From the NCBI GenBank assembly GCA_032161105.1, contig JAVHTD010000025.1: a stretch of 43,702 nucleotides of DNA; one strand, written 5' to 3'. Source of the stretch: Candidatus Thermosaccharophagus tengchongensis (GTDB lineage Bacteria; Armatimonadota; Fervidibacteria; Fervidibacterales; Thermosaccharophagaceae). Shown in pieces: positions 32,368 to 43,702 of this stretch. Under the pieces are notes generated by a model that saw only the letters and a program-made list of their open reading frames with translations, had not been told where the DNA came from and ran no database searches. Positions within the stretch are counted from its first letter, which is position 1. The number at the start of each line of letters is the position of its first letter. The position numbers and the translations under genes are program-made.

Positions 32368-32489
32368 CTAAGGAGCCATGTGGCGAGATGCGTGAGCATA
32401 CTCGCCAGTTCCAAAAACTCTCATTCCTTGCCCTTCCCCATCGCAATGGCTTATTTTGTCTATATTTGCCTGAGCTTGTTGAAAATATC

Positions 32490-32563
32490 GGGCCTGTAGC
32501 TCAGGCGGTTAGAGCGCGCCCCTGATAAGGGCGAGGTCCGTGGTTCGAGTCCACGCAGGCCCA
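32490..32563 (+). tRNA. tRNA-Ile(GAT), CCA not encoded
   Basis: Cloverleaf with anticodon loop CTGATAA and T-loop GTTCGAG. Confidence 0.97.
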
Positions 32564-32679
32564 TTAGGGGCGCTATCTTTGAGGGTGCTCTTTAGGGGTG
32601 GGCTGAGTTGCAGCAATAGTGGGCAACAGTGGACACCACTTAACAACGCAGCAATAGCCCACCCCAATGATGAAATCGT

Positions 32680-32752
32680 GGGCCTGTAGCTCAGTTGGGA
32701 GAGCGCCTGCTTTGCAAGCAGGAGGTCAGCGGTTCAAGTCCGCTCAGGTCCA
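32680..32752 (+). tRNA. tRNA-Ala(TGC), CCA not encoded
   Basis: Cloverleaf with anticodon loop TTTGCAA and the G3:U70 identity pair. Confidence 0.97.
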
Positions 32753-32912
32753 TAAAAGTTACGAACCGAATAAAATCTCCCTTCATTGACAACCAAATAG
32801 AGACCCCGACATTGGTGGCCCCTAAAAGCCGCTAATGTGCGGGTGGGTGAGGTGGCAAATAAGGAAAGCGCCTGTGGAACTAATTGAGTGCACCTGCAAT
32901 ATTTAGGTGCAC

Positions 32913-36120
<3,208 letters not shown>

Positions 36121-36299
36121 GTGCACCTTTTGCCATTTTTCTCGTGTCATTGTTGCTGCGCTTCCTTATTGCCACCCACCCACCGCATTGCTCCCCTTGT
36201 GTTGCTACCAACTGCATTGCTCCTCACTATGTTGTCCTCTGGTGAGGGGTTCAGAGGGCGAGGTAAGTGGGAGGCGTATAAGCAATAAATCGAGGTGAA

Positions 36300-38522
36300 T
36301 TGGCAATGTTTCCTCATGGGTCATGTAAGGTCAAGTTAGTTGCAGTGGTTGGTGTAGTCGTTACCCTCGTTGTTTCCTTAAGCATCATTTCCTTTTACGG
36401 GTGTGGTGGAGGTGGCGGTCCTTCACCAGCACCTAAATTTTCAGGCACAGTAATGGCACCTCAAGGGACTCCTGTCGCTCAGGCACCGTCTTTTTTGCAA
36501 CGCTTTGTGTCTGTGTTCACCAGCGTTGCTGAAGCACAAGCCTTAACGGGACAAGCAGTTGCTAATGCAACAGTCAAGGCTTTTATCTGGCCAAATGTGC
36601 CTCCGGCTGTGACGACCCCAATTGCAACCGCTCAGACAGGCAACGACGGTCGTTATACGCTTCAGCTCCCTGCTGATACTGCGGGCAAAGATATTGTAGT
36701 GATTGCGGAGAAAATGGTAGCAGGTGGAACATTAAGACTGTCCACTATCGTTGCTGATGTGCCGAAAGAAGGGAGAAATGATGTAAATTTAGATGCGGCA
36801 ACAACTCTGGCTGCCGAACAGATCGCATTTGTGGCGAAAAAACAGAACATTTTGGACCTTTCTCCCAACGCCATTTCGGTCATTATCCTTGCAGTAGATG
36901 ACATTGTTTCTCAACATCCTCAACTCAATTTAATTGCAGGCGCAGAAGATTCCCCGATCCCACGAGAGTTTGGGACTGGACTTGTTGAAGCAAATCCAAT
37001 AGCGCAACAGGTTGTGATGAAGGTAGAAGAGCAGCAAGGAAATCTCCCTCCCCCAACTAACCCGAATGTCGCCACTGCCAAATCCATCGTCCAGATGCTT
37101 AGGGATTTTGGCTCAACTCTTGTCGGCATTGAACGCAGCGAAGCGATAACAATTCAAAAAGCAGTTGAGGAGCAACAACAGCTCATCAGCAACGCAATTA
37201 AAGTGGCTGAGGATTTTGGAGAACGGATGGACTTTCCTGTGAGAACCTTGGGTGCGTTGGAAAATAAACCTCCCGGCGCTTATGAGGAGGTTTCTCTCGG
37301 CAAGTTGGAAAGGGTTGGTAGCACCGATAGCAAAACATGGAAAGTGACTTCCAAAGTTGGTGAGACCCAAGGCATGGTGCTAACTATCACCTCCCCGCAA
37401 CCTATGGAGGCTTTTTCCATCAGACCGATAGCTGGAGCCTACACCTTAACGGTCCGCAATCCAAGTGATCCATCAGTCCAGTATGATGGGAAGTTGCAAT
37501 TTACGACCAATCCCCAAGGTGTTCCCACAGCCATCACTTTGAACATCACTATCCGTGACAAAGCACTTAGCGAGCCAATTTCCTTTAAAGGCACCGTATC
37601 TGGCGAAGTTGCTTCTGGAAGCACTCCGGAAGAGCCGGAGTATTCCAAAATCAGTTTCTCGGGCACTTTCTCTTCTCAATTGGGGACTGCGCAAGTGGAT
37701 AGATTGGAAGTGGTCACAACTGTTGTGGGTAGTGATCGTGTGGTTCAGAAAGTTACCCTCACCAACTTACGCATTGCAACGAAGACCAGCAAACCTGCGA
37801 GTCTAATTCTCAGTGGGACATTTGAATTACAACCAACACCCTCACAATGGCAAAATGTCTGGGGTGACATGATGCCTAAGGAAGGAACCCTTACTGCTGC
37901 TACTTTAGAGGCATCAGGCGTAAAATTGAGCCTGAGCAATTCCAAGGTCTACGACTTTGTTATTATCGCTACTCAAAAGGAAAGGGGTCCAGTTCCACGC
38001 CGCTTAACCGGTCAACTGAGTTACACCTCCCAATCTCTGATTTTCCAAGGTAAACTTGAGGCTTACTACGAAGGCTTAAGTGCGAGCGAGCCATCAGAAC
38101 GGGTCAAATTCACCTCCAAAATGAGCGGGGACTGGAAACCAACTATCGGAAGCCCGTTAAGTGTGTCCATTGTGGTAAACTCAACCCCTCAGGCAATTAA
38201 CATGGATATAACTTTGAGACGAGGGGAGCAAAGTTTGGAGGGTAAACTCACTGGCAAGTGGGAAATTGTGGGTAACGAAGTTAAAGTTGCCAATGGTAGT
38301 TTAGACCTAATCCACTCACCTTCTAACTTCAGGGTGCAAGTGAGTGCTCCACCAACGAAAGGAATAATCCAAACAGCTCAAGGGCAAAAAGTGGCAGATA
38401 TTGGTGAAGCGAAAGACCTGGGTTTGCCCGATTTGGGTAGTGTTAGCGTGGTGAAATACACGGACGGGACATTTGAGACACTGCAATCAATTTTGCCTCG
38501 CTCTCAGGTGAGCCAAAGGTAG
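36300..38522 (+). CDS. large putative lipoprotein, beta-rich
   Basis: Hydrophobic signal ending FYG-C followed by a GGGGGPSP linker; carboxypeptidase-regulatory-like segment (VANATVKA...TGNDGRYTL). Confidence 0.8.
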   Translation: MAMFPHGSCKVKLVAVVGVVVTLVVSLSIISFYGCGGGGGPSPAPKFSGTVMAPQGTPVAQAPSFLQRFVSVFTSVAEAQALTGQAVANATVKAFIWPNVPPAVTTPIATAQTGNDGRYTLQLPADTAGKDIVVIAEKMVAGGTLRLSTIVADVPKEGRNDVNLDAATTLAAEQIAFVAKKQNILDLSPNAISVIILAVDDIVSQHPQLNLIAGAEDSPIPREFGTGLVEANPIAQQVVMKVEEQQGNLPPPTNPNVATAKSIVQMLRDFGSTLVGIERSEAITIQKAVEEQQQLISNAIKVAEDFGERMDFPVRTLGALENKPPGAYEEVSLGKLERVGSTDSKTWKVTSKVGETQGMVLTITSPQPMEAFSIRPIAGAYTLTVRNPSDPSVQYDGKLQFTTNPQGVPTAITLNITIRDKALSEPISFKGTVSGEVASGSTPEEPEYSKISFSGTFSSQLGTAQVDRLEVVTTVVGSDRVVQKVTLTNLRIATKTSKPASLILSGTFELQPTPSQWQNVWGDMMPKEGTLTAATLEASGVKLSLSNSKVYDFVIIATQKERGPVPRRLTGQLSYTSQSLIFQGKLEAYYEGLSASEPSERVKFTSKMSGDWKPTIGSPLSVSIVVNSTPQAINMDITLRRGEQSLEGKLTGKWEIVGNEVKVANGSLDLIHSPSNFRVQVSAPPTKGIIQTAQGQKVADIGEAKDLGLPDLGSVSVVKYTDGTFETLQSILPRSQVSQR

Positions 38523-38532
38523 AAAAAAGTTA

Positions 38533-38567
38533 GGGGCGAGGCATCACCTCGCCCTCGTTGTTTCTTC
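38533..38567 (+). terminator. hairpin after the lipoprotein gene
   Basis: GGGCGAGG/CCTCGCCC stem with an A-tract before and a T-rich tract after. Confidence 0.5.
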
Positions 38568-39721
38568 CTCCGAAAAGTGTAGGATGGTGGAAAGACCTGA
38601 GACAGTTGGTATTGATAATCTGCATGTTAGCATCGCAGGGTTGCATTGCACACAGCCAAACAATTACGGTGCCGCAATCGTGGACAACAACAGAGCAAAT
38701 AACGACTCTGCTCAATGAACCCAAACTGCCGAACTGCTTACAAGTTGAGGCGAGAATGCTCATTTATGCTGACAACAATGTCCTCCCCTTGAAATTGGGC
38801 GACGATAAACCACTTCCATCAATGAATTTCAACGACGATTACGCTTATTTTGCCAATTACCGTCTGAAGGATTTGGCTATTTCTTACCGCCGCTGGACTT
38901 TGCGCCACGGATACGGCAAGGCAGATTTTTATGGCGGCAACAGAGATGCAACCCAACTTTATTTGGACTCAATGTCTTCTGGTGTTGATTCCCAAAAGGT
39001 TTACAATGTCAATGCATCTTTGAACCGAACTTTTCTTCGCCGTTGGACTCTTGAATATGCAATCCCGTTAAAGCACAGTCAAGGTCAAATTTCAGTTGCA
39101 TTGCATTGGCTCAGGATTCACAGGTTGCAAAAAGGGAGATTAACTGGACAGATGTGGTTGGGGCAGTTTGAGGGTGACCTTCACCTGTTGACAACAAGAG
39201 GGTTGCCATTAAGTGAGACGAGAAGCAATGGTGTGTCGGTAGATCTTTTCATCGTCGCACCGATCAGCAGCCGAATCAAATTTGGAGTTTGGGGAGAAAA
39301 TGTCTTCAGCAAGATTTGGCAACGAACTTTGCAGGAAATCACAGCGAAAGTTGCGACTAACAAAGTTGAGCCTGATGCTGATGGGTTTCTTCACGCTGTT
39401 CCACTTTTGCAAGGGCGCGTTGAAAAAGTCTCGCTAAAAGTGAAAGCGAAACAAAGTTGGACCATTGGCGCTGCTTTGCGACAAGGAAACAGCAGCTGGA
39501 TTTTGACGGCTAAACGGGAAAGAGATTGGCACATTGGTATTGGCTACAGTTTCCCAATAGGGCAAAATAAGCAGGTTTGGTTTATGGTGAGTGAGCGGCC
39601 AATTTTTTGGCAGGTGGGCATTAACACGACCCGATTTCAACTTTTGTTAGGTGTTGACAAGTGGAATGCAGCAACAGCGAAAAAAGCGATGACTGTCGTC
39701 CGCTGGTTTTGGGTGTTTTGA
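38558..39721 (+). CDS. putative outer-membrane beta-barrel protein (start uncertain)
   Basis: Signal-like N-terminus, amphipathic aromatic strands, GVSVDL...FGVWGENV segment, C-terminal VRWFWVF. Confidence 0.65.
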   Translation: MFLPPKSVGWWKDLRQLVLIICMLASQGCIAHSQTITVPQSWTTTEQITTLLNEPKLPNCLQVEARMLIYADNNVLPLKLGDDKPLPSMNFNDDYAYFANYRLKDLAISYRRWTLRHGYGKADFYGGNRDATQLYLDSMSSGVDSQKVYNVNASLNRTFLRRWTLEYAIPLKHSQGQISVALHWLRIHRLQKGRLTGQMWLGQFEGDLHLLTTRGLPLSETRSNGVSVDLFIVAPISSRIKFGVWGENVFSKIWQRTLQEITAKVATNKVEPDADGFLHAVPLLQGRVEKVSLKVKAKQSWTIGAALRQGNSSWILTAKRERDWHIGIGYSFPIGQNKQVWFMVSERPIFWQVGINTTRFQLLLGVDKWNAATAKKAMTVVRWFWVF

Positions 39722-40231
39722 CAAGAAGTTCATCCATTCTTTCCGCTTTTCCACAGTTGCATTTTGGGAGAAATTGCGAAAAAAAGTCTCACTTTCGTTG
39801 ACACTGGCGCTTTTGCTCAAGACTCAGAATGTCAGAACGAAACGAAGGTCATAAGTGGCACATGTATGCTATGAGGCGGTTGAGTAAACGGCAAAGTTTG
39901 ACCCTTGATTTGCAGTTGCCCAATTGTGCGGTGTCGTTTGGTTACCACTCGCCAAATTTCGCCTTACTTCTTTTGCTCTCCCATCCAAACCCTTCAAAAT
40001 CCTTGTCTTTAGGGTTTCAAATTGGGTTCATTGCTCAATAAGCGCCCTTGCTTTTTCGTTCTCCTTCGCCAATGATGCTGTTTTTTCATACTTTGACCCC
40101 CAAAAGGGAAGCCGAAGGTATGGATAAAGACAGATTGTGTGACCCTTAAATACGGAAAATGGAGCGATAGTTAGCGAAAGGACAGAAGGCAGTTGAGGCG
40201 AGTTATAGAGTTAGGAGTTACGCAGCTGGAT

Positions 40232-40378
40232 GTAGGGGCGCATGAAATGCGCCCGAAAAACGGGCAGGTTTCGCCTGTCACTACCAATCTGACCGTAATG
40301 GGTCATCAATCCGTAGAAGGGGCTTTAGCTCCGAAGGGGCGATTAACGATTTCGGGCGGACTATCGTCCGCCTCCGAC
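40232..40378. repeat. REP/REPIN-like cluster
   Basis: GTAG-GGGCGCAT-gaa-ATGCGCCC followed by an inverted unit ending in CTAC (40284); a second degenerate GTAG unit at 40313-40378. Confidence 0.6.
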
Positions 40379-40431
40379 AAAGTGATGCCGAATGCGTAAG
40401 TCATAAGAGTTTCGCGCTGGCGTTTCAGCCA

Positions 40432-40459
40432 TTGACAGCTCAAGAAAGGACGGTATACT
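40432..40459 (+). promoter_or_regulatory. sigma70-type promoter for the khtT-khtU genes
   Basis: TTGACA-N16-TATACT. Confidence 0.7.
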
Positions 40460-40615
40460 TAATGCGGAGAAAGTCCTCGCTGCGAAGGGAAGCTTTTTGG
40501 TTGAGCGGACTCGTATTAGTCCCTGAGCCAAGAGATAGTAGGGTGATAAAAGGTCACGGTAAGGGCATCACTATGCGAGCCGTTAGCTCCTCTATGTTGC
40601 GGGAGGTGCGACGCT

Positions 40616-41098
40616 GTGAAAGTCAGGGAGACAGCTTTGCCTGGTGTCGGGAAAAAGTTTGCCATTTCACTTCGGTCAGGTGATGAACTCGTTATCATTG
40701 TCCATGTGACTGGGGAGCGTGAATTGTTTTTGTTTCGGCGCGGTGCTGACGAGCCTTGTGCGGAAATACCTCTGACTGACTCAGAAGCAAGAGAGGTGGC
40801 ATTGATATTGGGTGGTGCTGCGTATGAGCCGACACCGTTGCATCAAGCTGAATTGGTGCTTCGTGGCTTAGTGCTTGATTGGTTGACAGTTGCTGAGGGT
40901 TCTTCGCTTTCCTCTCACACAATTGCTGAGTTGCAGATTCGCAAACGGACTGGCGTTTCTGTGATTGCGATCAAAAGGGGCGAAAAAATTATACCCAACC
41001 CCGATCCAAACGAGCGGTTGGAAGTTGGCGACTTACTTTTGCTCATTGGGACTGGCGAGCAGATGAGGCGCTTCCGTGAAACTTTCGGGGTGGCTTGA
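40616..41098 (+). CDS. khtT: K+/H+ antiporter regulatory subunit (KhtT/YhaT-like, RCK_C)
   Basis: VRETALPGVGKKF, LTDSEAREVALILGG, TIAELQIRKRTGVSVIAIKRG...PNPDP. Confidence 0.88.
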   Translation: MKVRETALPGVGKKFAISLRSGDELVIIVHVTGERELFLFRRGADEPCAEIPLTDSEAREVALILGGAAYEPTPLHQAELVLRGLVLDWLTVAEGSSLSSHTIAELQIRKRTGVSVIAIKRGEKIIPNPDPNERLEVGDLLLLIGTGEQMRRFRETFGVA

Positions 41099-42231
41099 AC
41101 GGTATGAATGGGATTTTGGAGAGAGAACTTATAGGTTTTGCCATGGCACTTGTTCTCATTTCCGTTGGCGGTTTCATTGCCCGCTTATTGCGTCTTCCCC
41201 TCTTGTTTGGCTACTTACTTGTGGGTCTATCAGCTCAACTGCTGTTGCGTCCTTTCCCATCACTCATCTTGCTAAGCAGCATTGGTGTAATGTTGCTCTT
41301 GTTTTTCCTTGGAATGGAATTTGACTGGCGTAGGCTTTTAGCTTCGCCAAAGAGATTGCTCATCGCCGCGGTTGACTTTTGCCTCAACTTCCTTTTGCCT
41401 TTCTTTGTGCTTTTACTCCTCAAATTTCCGCTACCCGTCTCTTTCATCGTCGCAATGGCTTTATATCCGACCAGTTCCATGATCACGATAAGCACTTTGC
41501 TTCAGTTACGCAGGCTTGCAAACCCAGAAACCGAGACAATTGTCTGGGTTCTGATTGGCGAAGATTTGGCAATCATAATATTGCTTGCGATTGCCTCTGG
41601 CTTAACGGGAGTTGGGTCTGATTGGAGGAGCATAGTAATTGCTTTTGCTTTTGTCATTGTAATGCTTCAGGCGTCAATCGTCCTGACGAGAGCAATTGAG
41701 AGGCTATTTGAAAAGATTCCGACAGAACTTGACAGCATTGTGACTTTGAGCATCATCGTCTTCGTCAGCACCATTGCACATTTGCTTCACCTTTCGGAAG
41801 CCTTAGGGGCATTTTTAGCTGGGATGCTTTTCAGCGGTGCAAGAGACCGAGAGGAACTTGAACAAAGGCTGTATATCCTGCGCGAGTTAGGGACAGCCGC
41901 ATTTTTCTTCACTTTCGGTCTTCAATCACCGCTTAAGGTTTCATTGACGGGGATAATTTATGGGTTGGGATTCTTAATTTTTGGCTCAATTGCAAAGACC
42001 ATTACCGCTTTGTTTTCCGGCATTATTGATAATCTGCGCCAAAGGGCACGCTTTAGATTGCTTTTCAGCCTTTGGATTCGCGGTGAATTCTCCATCATTG
42101 CCATTTTTGTCGGAAAAAATGTCTTACCTGCGGCTTTTCAGGATGCGCTTAGCTGGTTTGTCATCGCAAGTATCGTTGTGGGCTTAATCACACTCGCTAT
42201 TGTGGGCAAGGTCGGCGGGAAAATGCCGTGA
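41095..42231 (+). CDS. khtU: CPA2 cation:proton antiporter (KhtU/YhaU-like)
   Basis: GVMLLLFFLGMEF, RLANPET, LIGEDL, GAFLAG, RGEFSI; coupled to khtT. Confidence 0.85.
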   Translation: MNGMNGILERELIGFAMALVLISVGGFIARLLRLPLLFGYLLVGLSAQLLLRPFPSLILLSSIGVMLLLFFLGMEFDWRRLLASPKRLLIAAVDFCLNFLLPFFVLLLLKFPLPVSFIVAMALYPTSSMITISTLLQLRRLANPETETIVWVLIGEDLAIIILLAIASGLTGVGSDWRSIVIAFAFVIVMLQASIVLTRAIERLFEKIPTELDSIVTLSIIVFVSTIAHLLHLSEALGAFLAGMLFSGARDREELEQRLYILRELGTAAFFFTFGLQSPLKVSLTGIIYGLGFLIFGSIAKTITALFSGIIDNLRQRARFRLLFSLWIRGEFSIIAIFVGKNVLPAAFQDALSWFVIASIVVGLITLAIVGKVGGKMP

Positions 42232-42261
42232 ATTTTTGAACTAAGGTGCCAATTTTCGCGT

Positions 42262-43359
42262 TTGGCGGGTGATTTTCGGTTGCGTTGGTGGACAAAGAAA
42301 TTGCGCCGGGAATTGTCCGAGGTCATTCAGAATGCTATAACCGAGGGGCAAGTTCCGGGGGCAGTCATTTGCGTAGGCAATGCTGAGAAGGTTCTTTATC
42401 TTGCCGCATTTGGCAAGCGCCGTGAAGTGCCATCGCCTCAACCGATGCATATTGACACAATTTTTGACCTTGCCTCTCTCACCAAGGTCTTAGCAACAGC
42501 ACCTGCGATCTGCTTACTCTGGCAGGAAGGGAAGTTGGACATTTATGACGCTGTCAAACGATACTTGCCCGAGTTTTCTGGTGGGCACAAGGATAAGGTG
42601 ACATTGCTCCATTTGCTCACTCACACTTCCGGGCTTCCTGCCTTCAAAAACTACCTCCAAATGGGCTTAAAAGGGCAGAATGAAGTGGTCGTAGCCGACA
42701 TTTGCCGCACGCGCCTGAAAGCCCCTCCCGGAAGAGTTTTCATTTACAGCGACTTAGGCTTCATTTTACTCGGAGAGATTGTCAGGCGAGTCAGTGGCGT
42801 GGATTTGAACGAGTTTTGTCGCCGCAAAATTTACATGCCTTTGCAAATGCGCTGGACAAGATTCAACCCGCCAAGGAGTTGGCACAGCCGATGTGCCGCA
42901 ACGGAATGGCGCAGTGGGCAAATGATGCAAGGAATTGTTCATGACCCAAACGCTTATGCACTCGGCGGAGTCGCTGGGCATGCAGGATTGTTCTCCATAG
43001 CTGCTGATTTGGCTCTCTTCTGTCGGATGCTCTTGCGTGAAGGCGAGCTCAACGGGATGAGGATTTTTGAGCCAGAGATTATCCGAATGATGGTGACAAA
43101 TCAGTGCCCAGTTGAAGGCGTTCAACGCGGGCTCGGCTTTGACATCCTATCTCCATATTCGCCTCAAATAAGGGGAGAAAGATTCCCAATCGGAGTTTTT
43201 GGGCATACTGGCTACACTGGCACATCCATCACGGTTGACCCATTTTCTGGGGCTTTCGTCATATTGCTCACGAATAGGGTTCACCCAAACGATAGGCGAA
43301 ATGTTGCTCCTTTGCGCAAGGCAGTCGCCAATCTCATTGCAGTGGCAATTTATGGCTGA
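42262..43359 (+). CDS. serine hydrolase, beta-lactamase/AmpC family
   Basis: FDLASLTK (SxxK), LLTHTSG, YSDLGF, GVAGHAGLFS, GHTGYTG, LLTNRVHP. Confidence 0.92.
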   Translation: MAGDFRLRWWTKKLRRELSEVIQNAITEGQVPGAVICVGNAEKVLYLAAFGKRREVPSPQPMHIDTIFDLASLTKVLATAPAICLLWQEGKLDIYDAVKRYLPEFSGGHKDKVTLLHLLTHTSGLPAFKNYLQMGLKGQNEVVVADICRTRLKAPPGRVFIYSDLGFILLGEIVRRVSGVDLNEFCRRKIYMPLQMRWTRFNPPRSWHSRCAATEWRSGQMMQGIVHDPNAYALGGVAGHAGLFSIAADLALFCRMLLREGELNGMRIFEPEIIRMMVTNQCPVEGVQRGLGFDILSPYSPQIRGERFPIGVFGHTGYTGTSITVDPFSGAFVILLTNRVHPNDRRNVAPLRKAVANLIAVAIYG

Positions 43360-43626
43360 GATTGACCCTTCATCTCTCAAGGGGGAAGATTGAACAGGCT
43401 TTTGCATTTGCTTGGCTCATTGTTGGCACGGTTTTGTTCACTTAAGCCAATTTAGCCGCCAGTTCGGATTTTTCCTAATCTGTAGACAATTTCCATAAGA
43501 TAGGCAAAATTGGGTCGCTTGCTCGCTTCCTACCACCCAAGCCGGCAAAACACACAGACAAAGCGTTTGACCGTTGAGATGTTAACCGATGTTTTGGCAA
43601 GGGCAACCTTACTGGCTAACGAAAAC

Positions 43627-43702
43627 AGTTCGTAGTAAGCCACGAAGCAGCAGCGGAGTAGCGTAAAAATCTCGTTGATTTTGAACGGCACTTCACTTTC
43701 GT
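43627..43702. repeat. REP doublet (REPIN-like), truncated by the window end
   Basis: 43627-43646 matches 20701-20720 at 19/20 nt; 43680-43702 is the exact reverse complement of 20721-20743. Confidence 0.7.

Noticed and set aside
36232..36265. Start of a 5S rRNA (TCCTCTGGTG...)
   Set aside because: Only a short hairpin; the conserved 5S loops are absent.
40465..40612. Definite c-di-AMP (ydaO) riboswitch
   Set aside because: Only fragments resemble it (GTAGGG, CCGTTAGCT); the GCTGAATC and GGGGNNAATC cores are missing.
42262..43359. Antibiotic-resistance beta-lactamase
   Set aside because: The motifs fit the broad serine hydrolase / peptidoglycan-recycling esterase-amidase group; nothing specifically indicates resistance.

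Overview
This window is mostly core genome from a probably thermophilic bacterium (GC-rich rRNA stems; Terrabacteria-like gene content; Armatimonadota/Fervidibacteria-like is my inference and is not verified). Positions 1-27.5 kb hold housekeeping genes: argF, polX, groES-groEL, rpoZ, mgtC-like, the rpsB-tsf-pyrH-frr-uppS-(cdsA-slot)-rseP-proS cluster, a large Alu-type SRP RNA, radA-yacL-ispD-ispF-hpf, hisA, a PrsA-like foldase, a Gfo/Idh/MocA oxidoreductase, ilvE and clpC. At 27.6-30 kb an orphan soluble wHTH-PAS-histidine kinase sits downstream of a protein built from four FGSW repeats; both are divergent from an rRNA operon (16S-tRNAIle-tRNAAla-23S, no 5S). After about 36.3 kb the composition shifts, and the region encodes a large lipoprotein, a putative outer-membrane beta-barrel, REP-like elements, khtT/khtU with a structured leader, and a serine hydrolase. 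The strongest oddities are a fully compensated triple substitution in the 16S central pseudoknot (which disrupts the 27F and 907R/926R primer sites), a 23S of about 3.2 kb with large H12 and H98 expansions, the wHTH-kinase/repeat-protein pair, a degenerate CdsA-like gene, and dispersed GTAG-type REP elements.
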